Position numbers and translations under genes: made by a program
Assembly: GCA_033763315.1 (NCBI GenBank)
Contig: JANRKS010000026.1
Location: 32,531 to 96,530, forward strand
Length of the DNA: 64,000 bases
Source: Deltaproteobacteria bacterium
GTDB lineage: Bacteria > Myxococcota_A > Polyangia > Fen-1088
Direction of reading: 5' to 3'
Shown: positions 9,710 through 18,448 of the stretch, in pieces
How the letters are laid out: every line of letters starts with the position of its first letter
How positions within the stretch are numbered: the first letter of the stretch is position 1
Notes under the pieces: model-generated
The model's input: the letters and a program-made list of their open reading frames with translations, nothing else
Database searches by the model: none
Told to the model about the DNA's origin: nothing

Positions 9710-9765
9710 ACTTTACTAAAATATGTCACTTTACCGAAAAGTGAAGCTGGTATATTTAGTAAAGT
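9710..9765. promoter_or_regulatory. Nested palindromic operator-like element abutting the AbiEi-like start codon
   Basis: Outer arms ACTTTACTAAAATAT (9710-9724) and ATATTTAGTAAAGT (9752-9765) match 14/15 with one indel. Inner arms TCACTTT (9726-9732) and AAAGTGA (9738-9744). The patch is locally AT-rich. Confidence 0.45.
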
Positions 9766-10824
9766 ATGGTCTTCAGCCATGTTAGGCCTAGCGAGAAAAG
9801 CCTCGTTGCGGAACTCCCCGCGATGTTGGCCAGGCTGCTCGCGATACCTCAGAAGGCCGTTACTCTTCGACGGGGTACCAACGCCGACTTGTTCGTGAAG
9901 GCGGCCGATCATGCCTTTGCGGTCAAGGTTCTGGTGCACGCATCGCCAGGTGCCTTGGTGGCCCATTCCGCGCAGGTGTCGGAAGCGGCCCGTCGCTACG
10001 GTCGGAAGGTCGTGCCGCTCATGGCAGTGCCACATATGACGGAGGCTGGCCGCCGGGTATGCCAAGACGCTGGCATCTCGTGGTTCGATTTCAGCGGCAA
10101 TGCGCATATCGTGGCACCAGGGCTCCGGATCATCGTCGATGGTTGCCCGAACCGCTTCCGCGGGCCTGGTCGGCCATCGAGCATCTTCGCGCCCAAGAGC
10201 GCGCGAGTTGTGCGGTGGCTGCTAATTAACGAAGGGCGCGCGCTCACTCAGCGCGATATCGCGCGCGCCACTGACATGACCGAAGGCTTCGTGAGCCGTA
10301 TCGTTTCTCGTCTGCAGAGCGAGACCTATATCGTCCGCGAGACAGGAGGTGCGATCCGCGTGAAAGACCCGCAGGTTCTCCTTGAGGCATGGCGTGACGA
10401 GTACCGCTTCGACCAGCACTTGATCCTACAAGGGCATGTCGCCGCCCGTTCGGGCGCTGCGCTCACTCGCTTCGTGAGCGAGAATTTGGCGGCCGCTTCG
10501 GTCGAGCATGCAGCCACGGGCCTCGCAGCGGCTTGGCAGATGATGCACTTTGTTGGCTTTCGCATCGCCAGCTTTTTTCTCGCAGAGCCTCCCGCTCCCG
10601 AGTTGCAGGCGAAACTGGGGTTCCGAGAGGACGAACGCGGTGCAAACCTGTGGCTAGTGATCCCGAAGGATGAAGGCGTGTTCCAGGGATCCGGAACCCG
10701 GGACGGCGTACGCTGCGTTCATCCGGTACAGGCCTACGTGGATCTAAAGGCGCATCCCGAGCGCTCGACGGAGGCAGCCGAGGGGCTCCGAAGTGAGCTT
10801 CTTCGCTGGAGGCACGATGGCTGA
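9766..10824 (+). CDS. AbiEi-like antitoxin / transcriptional regulator (central wHTH, extended N-terminus)
   Basis: wHTH-like segment LTQRDIARATDMTEGFVSRIVSRLQSETYIVRE. It overlaps the downstream nucleotidyltransferase gene by 8 nt (ATGGCTGA). A palindrome lies directly upstream. Confidence 0.55.
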   Translation: MVFSHVRPSEKSLVAELPAMLARLLAIPQKAVTLRRGTNADLFVKAADHAFAVKVLVHASPGALVAHSAQVSEAARRYGRKVVPLMAVPHMTEAGRRVCQDAGISWFDFSGNAHIVAPGLRIIVDGCPNRFRGPGRPSSIFAPKSARVVRWLLINEGRALTQRDIARATDMTEGFVSRIVSRLQSETYIVRETGGAIRVKDPQVLLEAWRDEYRFDQHLILQGHVAARSGAALTRFVSENLAAASVEHAATGLAAAWQMMHFVGFRIASFFLAEPPAPELQAKLGFREDERGANLWLVIPKDEGVFQGSGTRDGVRCVHPVQAYVDLKAHPERSTEAAEGLRSELLRWRHDG

Positions 10825-11665
10825 CAAACCCAAACGCGCCTCGGAGTACAAAGGCGAGCAGGTTGAACTCGTCCGTGCGACGTGCCTTTACGTCGCGACG
10901 AAGCTCGGCGACATGATGCAGGACCTGGTGATAGTTGGCGGCCTAGTGCCGTCCCTCATCATCGACCAGGAGAACCTCGCTGAGGGCGTGGAACCACACG
11001 CAGGCACGATGGATCTCGACGTGGGCCTTCAGGTCGCACTGCTCCACGAGGGCCGATATCGTCAGCTTACCGAACGCCTGCGCGACGCCGGCTTTGAGAT
11101 GGACAAGAACGACGTTGGGAAGCCCACCCGTCAGCGTTGGGTGATCTCGAATGCGAAGGGTGTAACGATCGACTTCCTTATCCAACCGACGTTGGAAAGC
11201 GACCGCGGCGGCAGGCTGCGCGACCTCGAACCTGACTTCGCAGCCATCATTGCCCCGGGGCTCCGCTGCGCATTCCGAAATCACAAGCAGGTTACCCTCA
11301 AAGGCAAGACCATGTTCGGCGAGAGCGCGACGAGAGATGTCTGGGTGTGTGATGCTGGGGCGTACGTGGTGCTCAAGGCGCTCGCGTTCGACAGCCGTGG
11401 GGAGAACAAGGACGCGTACGACCTGTTTTATGTCCTGAGAAACTATGGCTTGGGGCCTGCTGACGTTGCTGCCAAGTTGCAGCCTTTACTCGACGAAGCA
11501 GATGCGCAGCGCGCTCTCGACATCCTGAAGCGCGACTTCACCGAGGTCAGTGGTGTGGGCCCAATGCGTGTCGCAGCCTTCAGCACGGGCGGTCCGGATG
11601 ACCAAATACAGGCCGATGTCGTCGGCTTCGTGAATCAGCTCCTGGCGCTGGTGAAGCTGCCCTGA
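10817..11665 (+). CDS. abiEii: Nucleotidyltransferase, AbiEii/AbiGii toxin-like
   Basis: Three motifs in the expected order: VIVGGLVPSL, HAGTMDLDVGL (the NTase G-x-D-x-D motif) and VLKALAFDSRGENKDAYDLFYVL. The start is translationally coupled to the upstream gene. Confidence 0.65.
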   Translation: MADKPKRASEYKGEQVELVRATCLYVATKLGDMMQDLVIVGGLVPSLIIDQENLAEGVEPHAGTMDLDVGLQVALLHEGRYRQLTERLRDAGFEMDKNDVGKPTRQRWVISNAKGVTIDFLIQPTLESDRGGRLRDLEPDFAAIIAPGLRCAFRNHKQVTLKGKTMFGESATRDVWVCDAGAYVVLKALAFDSRGENKDAYDLFYVLRNYGLGPADVAAKLQPLLDEADAQRALDILKRDFTEVSGVGPMRVAAFSTGGPDDQIQADVVGFVNQLLALVKLP

Positions 11666-11730
11666 ATGCCGAAAGTGCTCAAAGACAGCCTTACTCAACC
11701 GTGGTTCTCGAGCCAATCCCCAACTTAGCT

Positions 11731-11761
11731 GCACCCAGGAAGAACGTGAGCACCTGGGTGC
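11731..11761. terminator. Hairpin between convergent genes (possible bidirectional terminator)
   Basis: GCACCCAGG (11731-11739) and CCTGGGTGC (11753-11761) form a perfect 9-bp stem with a 13-nt loop. There is no U-tract. Confidence 0.3.
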
Positions 11762-11819
11762 ACTTGGCTCTGGCGGGCGAGGTTATACCGGTGGTGTTTG
11801 CGTCGGGGGTTCACTGAAC

Positions 11820-13193
11820 CTACCCCGAAAGCAACTCCTGCACAGGACCTTGCACGTACTTCGGATCGGCAAAGTCGTTTAGGTCCGTGAAGCCCATGGC
11901 CTGCGCGATGGTGAGCAACACTTCGTGCAGACGTCTGTTCTTCGGATTCGCCAAAGCACCGTCGCGCGGGCCTGGCACCGACGGCATCTTCACGTATTGG
12001 CCCATCTTCAGTTTTCGATTTGGTGTGCCGCCGAAAAGATAGATGGGAAGGTTGTCGTGATCGTGCTCCACGGGCGTCCAAGAAATGTCCGACGACCACA
12101 CGATGGTGGTGTTATCGAGCACGGTGCCGTCGCCTTCGGGGTATTTTGAAAGCTCGTCGAGCAGCGTCTTCACACGGTTGCCGTAGTACGTATCGAACGC
12201 ACGGTAATGCCCAACAGCGCCATCATCGTGCAGGTGATGACCTCCGGATGATCCAGGCACCCTCATGCCCGCACGCAAACCTGCCATGACATAAACGCCC
12301 ACGCTGGTGCGTCCGCACGCAAGGCCGGCCGCCAGGACACGGCTTTGTAGATCGTGTTGGCGCATGTAACTCTCCGTGGGCAAGCCGGCTGTGACATCTT
12401 CATATTTTCCCACCAAGCACTTGGCTTCAGCCGCAATGTCGGGGGCGGTGGCGCTCACCGTTTGCAAGGCATCAGCCAGATGGCTTTCGTAGGCTTGCAG
12501 CTGCTGACGTTCTTGTGCCCCCAACCGTTGCGAGAACGCCTGCATATGCTCCCGCGACAGGCCAAGCACATCCTTTTCCCACATACGTTGCTTCTGGCGC
12601 GCCGCCAGATCTGTGCTGTTCACAGCAGGCGCGGCGTTGCCTGCAAACAATGAGGCAAACACTTTGTCGGGATCATGCACAGGCAATTGAACTTGCTTGG
12701 GCCCACTCCAACTGGCCGCCAAAGATCCATTGTCGTTGTCACGATCACTGCCGCCCACCACCACGTTCTTTACGGGATCGGCGCGGCCGATGCGGTCAGC
12801 CAGCAAATGATCAAATGTGCGTTGCGAGCCTTCGGACAGTCCGCCGCCAGAATTGCCTGGCCGCTGCAAGGGGGCCTTGCCGCCCAAAAGGCAATGCAAC
12901 GACGCCCAGTGTGCATTGAGCTGGTAACCGAAGTTCACGCCCGTGAATCCTTCAAGCAAGCACATCTTGCTTTTGTAGGGTTCAAACATGCTCATCGTGG
13001 GGCCCAGCTTGAAATTTGGTCCCGGTGTGCCCGTTCGCCATGACGGCTCGCGCCCCGAAGGCGTGTAGATGAATATAAAGCGTGGCCGCCCCACCCCCTG
13101 TGCGGAAGCGGTTCGCTGCAAGCGTGTGCAAAGCAGTCCCAAAGCCGTGGCAGACGCAGAGCCGGTGAGAAATGTTCGTCGATTCATGTTCAT
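11820..13193 (-). CDS. DUF1552 domain protein with twin-arginine signal
   Basis: Tat-type N-terminus MNMNRRTFLTGSASATALGLL; C-terminal PEGDGTVLDNTTIVWSSDIS..HDHDNLPIYLFGG. AGGAG lies upstream, and ATG 13187 is an alternative start. Confidence 0.85.
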   Translation of the reverse strand: MNMNRRTFLTGSASATALGLLCTRLQRTASAQGVGRPRFIFIYTPSGREPSWRTGTPGPNFKLGPTMSMFEPYKSKMCLLEGFTGVNFGYQLNAHWASLHCLLGGKAPLQRPGNSGGGLSEGSQRTFDHLLADRIGRADPVKNVVVGGSDRDNDNGSLAASWSGPKQVQLPVHDPDKVFASLFAGNAAPAVNSTDLAARQKQRMWEKDVLGLSREHMQAFSQRLGAQERQQLQAYESHLADALQTVSATAPDIAAEAKCLVGKYEDVTAGLPTESYMRQHDLQSRVLAAGLACGRTSVGVYVMAGLRAGMRVPGSSGGHHLHDDGAVGHYRAFDTYYGNRVKTLLDELSKYPEGDGTVLDNTTIVWSSDISWTPVEHDHDNLPIYLFGGTPNRKLKMGQYVKMPSVPGPRDGALANPKNRRLHEVLLTIAQAMGFTDLNDFADPKYVQGPVQELLSG

Positions 13194-13206
13194 CTCCTGC
13201 TTGCGC

Positions 13207-14856
13207 CTAAAGTGCACCGCTGCGGGTTCGGTAAAGAAACAGATCCGAGGTGGCAATGTCGGCCAGCAACTGCGAAAACTGGCCGCCTTTCTCAAACCGC
13301 TTCGCCACGTCATTCAACGCGCAGTTGTCCACCCCATCGGGAAGAGCATCGGCCAACACATACTCCATGGCGCGCGACGCGAAGCAAGCCCGCGCTCTTG
13401 GCGAGCCGGCCAGCCACCTGGTGAGTGCAGCCACGCCATCAAGATCTTCGGCGCCCTCATACTGCGCTTCATCAAAGAAAGCGGGGACGCTGGCCCTGGC
13501 ATTGATGGGCCTGCCCTTCTCTTGGCTGCGATAGCGTCCCAACTGATCATAGTGCTCGAAGAGATAGCCGGGCGGATTGATTACCTGGTGGCAGCCTCCG
13601 CACTGTGGCGCTTGCGCCAGCGCATCGAAACGTTCGCGCGTTTGCATGTCTGGCGTTGTGGTCACGCGGCTAAAGTCGGCGTTGGCAACGGGCGGTGGCA
13701 TCGGCTCACACAACAAAGCGATGCGTATCAACAGCCCGCGCTTGACGGGATCGCTGCCTGTGGGGCTGGCATGCGCAGCCAACACAGCTGGCAAAGTGAG
13801 AAACCCCACCCGCTCTTTTGGATCAGCGGCACTGTAAAGCGGTTGGAGGCCCGTTTGATTGCGATCGGCGGGTGCTGTGAAAAGCTTTTCGAATGAACCG
13901 TCCTTGTTCAACATGGTCTCTTCAAAAAACGATAGGGCTTGATCGCGCATCGCTTGCTTTAGCGCGGGCGAAAAATCGGTTCCGTCGCGCTCCAGTTCGG
14001 GCAAATGCGCAATACCCATCCAACTCTCTGCCCAACCCTTCATGCGTGCGCGGAAGGACGGCGATTCGGACCACTCGGCCACGCGACCTGCGAGCTCCGT
14101 GCGAAACGTGTCGTCAGGCAGACTTGCGAAGTGCGAAAGGCTCTCAGCATCCGGCATGCTGCCAGTAAAAGCCAAAGCCGCCTGGCTCAGAGCTTCGGTG
14201 TTCGACAGGCGAAAGACTTCTTGTTCACCGCCGGCACCGCGCTCCGCTTGAAACAGCGTTTGTGGTGCCATAAGCGCAGCGGCCACGCTGCCCTCAAATC
14301 CCTCCTTCGCGCCATAGGTCGCCACCAATGTTTTGTGCCCTGCGCGAACGCGTTGCCAGTCCTCTTCCGCAAGCTCGCCATGAAACAAGTCCATGACGAC
14401 CTTGCGCAATGGTCCGTCCGCGCATTGTTCAACGCGGGATGAATCCAGGCAGGGTGACGTTGCCGGCAAAGCCGCCGCGTGGGTTTTCGCTGCGGCCAGC
14501 ATGGCGCCGCGATACGCAGCGAACCCGGCAGAGCTAAGCGTTCGCTGCGACGCCGCTTCGCGCGGCGAGCCTCCGAGAGTGAAGTTCGCCGCCGTCTTAT
14601 CTTTGGCATCCAGGGACAAGCTTTGTCTGATCAGCGTTTTGAGATCCTCGTCGGGCAACCTCATCACGCGCGCCTTAAGCAACGCATTGGACTCACATCG
14701 CTCGCTCAAGACAAGCGGTGGCTCATCAACCGAGTGATCAACATCGCTTGGCGTCGCCGACGTTCCCACCATACCTGAGCATCCACTTAACGCTGTGCCC
14801 AACGCCACAAGCAGCGCTCCCTCAACTTTGGATCGCACACGGGAACTGAACTTCAT
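13207..14856 (-). CDS. DUF1588/DUF1592-type lipoprotein with a CxxCH motif
   Basis: RBS GAGGAGGAACA before ATG 14856; lipobox ALSGC; signature QCGGCHQVINPPGYLFEHYDQLGRYR. A 13-nt gap separates it from the DUF1552 gene. Confidence 0.85.
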   Translation of the reverse strand: MKFSSRVRSKVEGALLVALGTALSGCSGMVGTSATPSDVDHSVDEPPLVLSERCESNALLKARVMRLPDEDLKTLIRQSLSLDAKDKTAANFTLGGSPREAASQRTLSSAGFAAYRGAMLAAAKTHAAALPATSPCLDSSRVEQCADGPLRKVVMDLFHGELAEEDWQRVRAGHKTLVATYGAKEGFEGSVAAALMAPQTLFQAERGAGGEQEVFRLSNTEALSQAALAFTGSMPDAESLSHFASLPDDTFRTELAGRVAEWSESPSFRARMKGWAESWMGIAHLPELERDGTDFSPALKQAMRDQALSFFEETMLNKDGSFEKLFTAPADRNQTGLQPLYSAADPKERVGFLTLPAVLAAHASPTGSDPVKRGLLIRIALLCEPMPPPVANADFSRVTTTPDMQTRERFDALAQAPQCGGCHQVINPPGYLFEHYDQLGRYRSQEKGRPINARASVPAFFDEAQYEGAEDLDGVAALTRWLAGSPRARACFASRAMEYVLADALPDGVDNCALNDVAKRFEKGGQFSQLLADIATSDLFLYRTRSGAL

Positions 14857-15051
14857 TGTTCCTCCTCACAGATTCACGGTGGCCGGAAGCAGCCTTAAGC
14901 ATGCGCGCAAGCGGCGCGAAATGTTTACGCCACAATGCCTACCCGTTTCTGTCAGAAAGACCTTCGTCTCATAAGAGCCACCCCGCCCGTCATCCCGCCC
15001 CTGGTCCATGGGGCGTGAATCAATGCATTTAAGTGGCTCCGCTCAATCTCC

Positions 15052-15924
15052 CTAGGGAATACGCCCTATGGCCACGTCCACCAGGCTGCCACGGACGTTC
15101 TTAAACGTGGCGCCGTTGTTGGTGGACACCTGAATCTGCCCGCCGTTGTTTCGCACGACCACATTGTCCACTTGGTTCACGTCGCCAGGATAATTGCCGC
15201 CTGGGATCCAATTTCCTACACCATCTTTGGTGTGGTACACGGGGCTGCCTGGATCGCCGCTGGTCCAGAACTCGCCGTTGGCAAACGTGACGCGACGTAA
15301 ATGGCCGCCACCTGCGTTGGCAATTCTGGTCCATGTCACACCATCAAGTGACTTTGCCGCTTGGCCCAAGCCGCCGGCGGCGATGAACATTCCATTGCCC
15401 CACGCCACGCCACCTTGCCATTGGCCGTGAGGGTTCTTGTGTTCCGTCCATTTAAGTCCATCTGTGGAACTTAAAAACTTCCACCCCACAACCACCAAAC
15501 GTCCGGCGCCAACAGCGGCGCCACGCAACAGATATTGATCGTCGCCGCCGCCGCCTAAGGTTTGCTCGCCCACCCATGTGGCACCAAGATCAAAACTGAC
15601 GATGCGTCGACCGGCGTACCCCGCCGCCACGATCGCAATTCGGCCGGTTTGTGGTTCAGATGCACCCGCGTCGCCCACGGTCCCCGCGTCTTGATTGGTG
15701 GGGAGGCCTGCGTCCTGCGGGGCCCCCGCTGAGCCCGCGTTACCGCCGTTTGAAGCGGCCACGCCTCCGCCTCCGCCCTCCCCATCACCTCCACCCTCCT
15801 GCATGCCATTGCCCGATTGGCCGCCAGGGGCGTTATCGTCGTTGGCCATCCCGAGTTCGTCGGCCGCTCCACAACCTGAGACAACAAGAGCCACCACTGA
15901 AAAGAACGCACGCGAGCACTTCAT
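15052..15924 (-). CDS. Lipoprotein with a Gly-rich linker and BNR/Asp-box-like beta-propeller repeats
   Basis: Lipobox VVSGC; a Gly-rich tract; repeated SxDxGxTW-like motifs (STDGLKWTE, SLDGVTWTR, SFDLGATWV, STNNGATFK). Confidence 0.7.
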   Translation of the reverse strand: MKCSRAFFSVVALVVSGCGAADELGMANDDNAPGGQSGNGMQEGGGDGEGGGGGVAASNGGNAGSAGAPQDAGLPTNQDAGTVGDAGASEPQTGRIAIVAAGYAGRRIVSFDLGATWVGEQTLGGGGDDQYLLRGAAVGAGRLVVVGWKFLSSTDGLKWTEHKNPHGQWQGGVAWGNGMFIAAGGLGQAAKSLDGVTWTRIANAGGGHLRRVTFANGEFWTSGDPGSPVYHTKDGVGNWIPGGNYPGDVNQVDNVVVRNNGGQIQVSTNNGATFKNVRGSLVDVAIGRIP

Positions 15925-15999
15925 GGGATCGCCTTTCCTGAAACAGCATCGAAAGGAACCTCCACATTAGGAGGGGGCTTAAAAGGCTAGTGCGATCCC

Positions 16000-16036
16000 A
16001 CGGGCGGAGCAAGAACGTTCCACCACGTCCGCCCGT
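16000..16036. terminator. Hairpin downstream of the dioxygenase gene
   Basis: ACGGGCGGA (16000-16008) and TCCGCCCGT (16028-16036) form a perfect 9-bp stem with a 19-nt loop. There is no U-tract. Confidence 0.25.
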
Positions 16037-16109
16037 TACCAAAGGTATTTACACAGGTCAGACACGCTGGCGGATGGCCGCCGTTATCCGCAATCAAAAG
16101 CGTGAGTCG

Positions 16110-16913
16110 TTAGGCGCCAAAGTGATACGCAGAAATACTCAGCTCAAGGATCGTGCCCTTGTACCCCAGGGTGCCTTGATCCTCACCTGCGGCGCCAGCG
16201 ATCACCATCAGCGGAAGCAAGTGTTCTTCACGCGGATGAGATTGACGAGCGGCGGGCGCCTTCGCCCAGTGCAACAGCTGCTTGTTGCGCTCTTCGGCGG
16301 GTGCCGTGGCCGCTTGTCGCAACCACGCGTCGAACGCTTCTGAAACCTCTTTTGCCCCCCGGTGAAAAGATCGCAGGTTGTGATACGTCATGCCGCTGCC
16401 CACGATGAACACGCCTTCATCGCGCAACGGCGAAAGCGCTTTCCCAATGTTCAGGTGTTCTTGTGGATCTAAGCCACGCTTGAGCGAAAGCTGCAGCGTG
16501 GGCACATCCGCTTTCGGGTACGCCAACTTCAAAGGCACGAACGTTCCGTGGTCAAAACCACGTTCGGGATCCACCTCGGTTGCAAAGCCCGCTTTGGCAA
16601 GCAGCGATTGCACACGTGGCGCCAACTGCGGCGCGCCCGGCGCAGGCCATGTGATGGTGTATGACTCGGGCGGAAAGCCGTAGTAGTCGTAAAACATCGG
16701 TGGCTTGGCAGCCGTCATCAACGTGGGCACATCTTCTTCCCAATGTGCGGAAACCACGAGCAGCGCTTTAGGGGGCGTGGCAGGCAAAGCGGCCACATTG
16801 CGGAGGTATGTGGCCAAGGCGTCCAGCTCGAGGGGGCTGCCAAAGGGCAACTTCACGAACGGCCAAGGGCCCCCACCATGGGGAAGAAAAACTGTGGGCA
16901 TTCTCGATGACAT
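16110..16913 (-). CDS. Class III extradiol dioxygenase (LigB/YgiD, 4,5-DOPA-dioxygenase-like)
   Basis: MPTVFLPHGGGPWPF, LLVVSAHWEE, GSGMTYHNL and REEHLLPLMV are typical of the family. Confidence 0.85.
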   Translation of the reverse strand: MSSRMPTVFLPHGGGPWPFVKLPFGSPLELDALATYLRNVAALPATPPKALLVVSAHWEEDVPTLMTAAKPPMFYDYYGFPPESYTITWPAPGAPQLAPRVQSLLAKAGFATEVDPERGFDHGTFVPLKLAYPKADVPTLQLSLKRGLDPQEHLNIGKALSPLRDEGVFIVGSGMTYHNLRSFHRGAKEVSEAFDAWLRQAATAPAEERNKQLLHWAKAPAARQSHPREEHLLPLMVIAGAAGEDQGTLGYKGTILELSISAYHFGA

Positions 16914-16941
16914 GACTGTTCCTTTGATGCCACGGCGGCCG

Positions 16942-18291
16942 CTACGTTACCTCGCGGCGGATCAGGCGAAATACACCGTAAAACGCAGCTAGTAACGCGA
17001 GGTAAACAAGCGCCACGGCTGCATTAAAATAGATCATGGCCGCCAAAGCCACAGCGGCGCCCCCCAGCGCAAAACCGGGCAGCCACGGATAAAGCGGCGC
17101 GGCGAACGGTCGCGCCATGTGCGGCTCCACCCGGCGCAGTTTAAACAACGCCGCCATGCTCACGATGTACATCGTCAACGCCCCAAACACAGACAGTGTC
17201 ACCAACGCCGCGGTGAGACTCTGCCCCCGGAACTGAATGAGGCTGTCGCTCAAGATCGCAGTGATGCCCACGGCGCCACCACTGAGGATCGCCCAATGGG
17301 GCGTGGCAAAGCGGGGATGCAGCCGCGCCAAGAACGCGGGCAGATATCCCTCGCGCGCTTGCGCAAACATTTGCCGTGAATATCCCAAGATGATGCCGTG
17401 AAATGAAGCCACAAGCCCGAACAAGCCCAACCACACCAACATGTGCAGCCAGCCACTGCTCCTGCCCACAACCATCTTCATCGCTTGCGGGAGCGGATCA
17501 TTGATATTCGCCAGTTGCCGCCAATCGCCCACGCCCCCCGCGAAGATCATCACGCCGAGGGCCAGGGCCACCAACGTCGCAATCCCAGCGATGTAAGCCA
17601 CGGGGATGGACCGTTTTGCATCCTTGGCTTCCTCGGCCGCCATGGCCACGCCTTCGATCGCCAAGAAGAACCAGATCGCAAACGGTATTGAGGCAAACAT
17701 GCCTGGCAAAGCCGCGATAGAAAAGTGTTCCGCTCCAGCCCACCCACCCTTAGCGAAGTGAGCGAACGAGAAACCAGGAGCCACCACGCCCATGAACACG
17801 AGCAGCTCCGCGATCGCCAACAACGTGACCACAAGCTCAAACGTGGCCGCGATGTGCACGCCGGCGATGTTGAGGCCCATGAACAACACATAGGCGCCTA
17901 TGGCAGCGAACTTCGGATCAAGGGATGGCCACTGCACGTTCAGATACGCGCCAATCGCCAACGCGATCGCAGGTGGCGCAAACAAAAACTCGATGAGCGT
18001 TGCCACACCCGCGAGGCAGCCGCCGGTGGACCCAAACGCCAGCCGCGCGTAAGCGAAAGGGCCTCCGGCGCGCGGGATGCTGCACGTGAGCTCCGTGAAG
18101 CTAAAGATGAACGCGGCATACATCGCAGCCACCGCCAACGCCGTGACCATGAACCCCAACGTGCCGGCCGACGCCCACCCGTAGCTCCAGCCGAAGTACT
18201 CGCCCGAAATGACCAGCCCCACGGCGATGCCCCACAATTGGAATGTGCCCAATGTGCGAACCAACGCAGGGCCCGGCTGTGGCTGACTCAT
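16942..18291 (-). CDS. APC-family permease, ethanolamine-permease-like
   Basis: LVRTLGTFQLWGIAVGLVISGEYFGWSYGW resembles the ethanolamine permease N-terminus. About 12 TM segments. A 28-nt gap separates it from the dioxygenase gene. Confidence 0.75.
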   Translation of the reverse strand: MSQPQPGPALVRTLGTFQLWGIAVGLVISGEYFGWSYGWASAGTLGFMVTALAVAAMYAAFIFSFTELTCSIPRAGGPFAYARLAFGSTGGCLAGVATLIEFLFAPPAIALAIGAYLNVQWPSLDPKFAAIGAYVLFMGLNIAGVHIAATFELVVTLLAIAELLVFMGVVAPGFSFAHFAKGGWAGAEHFSIAALPGMFASIPFAIWFFLAIEGVAMAAEEAKDAKRSIPVAYIAGIATLVALALGVMIFAGGVGDWRQLANINDPLPQAMKMVVGRSSGWLHMLVWLGLFGLVASFHGIILGYSRQMFAQAREGYLPAFLARLHPRFATPHWAILSGGAVGITAILSDSLIQFRGQSLTAALVTLSVFGALTMYIVSMAALFKLRRVEPHMARPFAAPLYPWLPGFALGGAAVALAAMIYFNAAVALVYLALLAAFYGVFRLIRREVT

Positions 18292-18448
18292 GAGGTTTAG
18301 TAGAAACCAGGCGACGCCAAAGGTACAGGCAGCATCGCCCAATTGGACGTTCTACACATCGCCGTATGATGGCGTCTATGTTGCGCGTTTGTGAATTGTT
18401 TGCCGACTTGTTTGCGCCTATTGCGCTTAGGTGTACCGTGTCGGTCTC

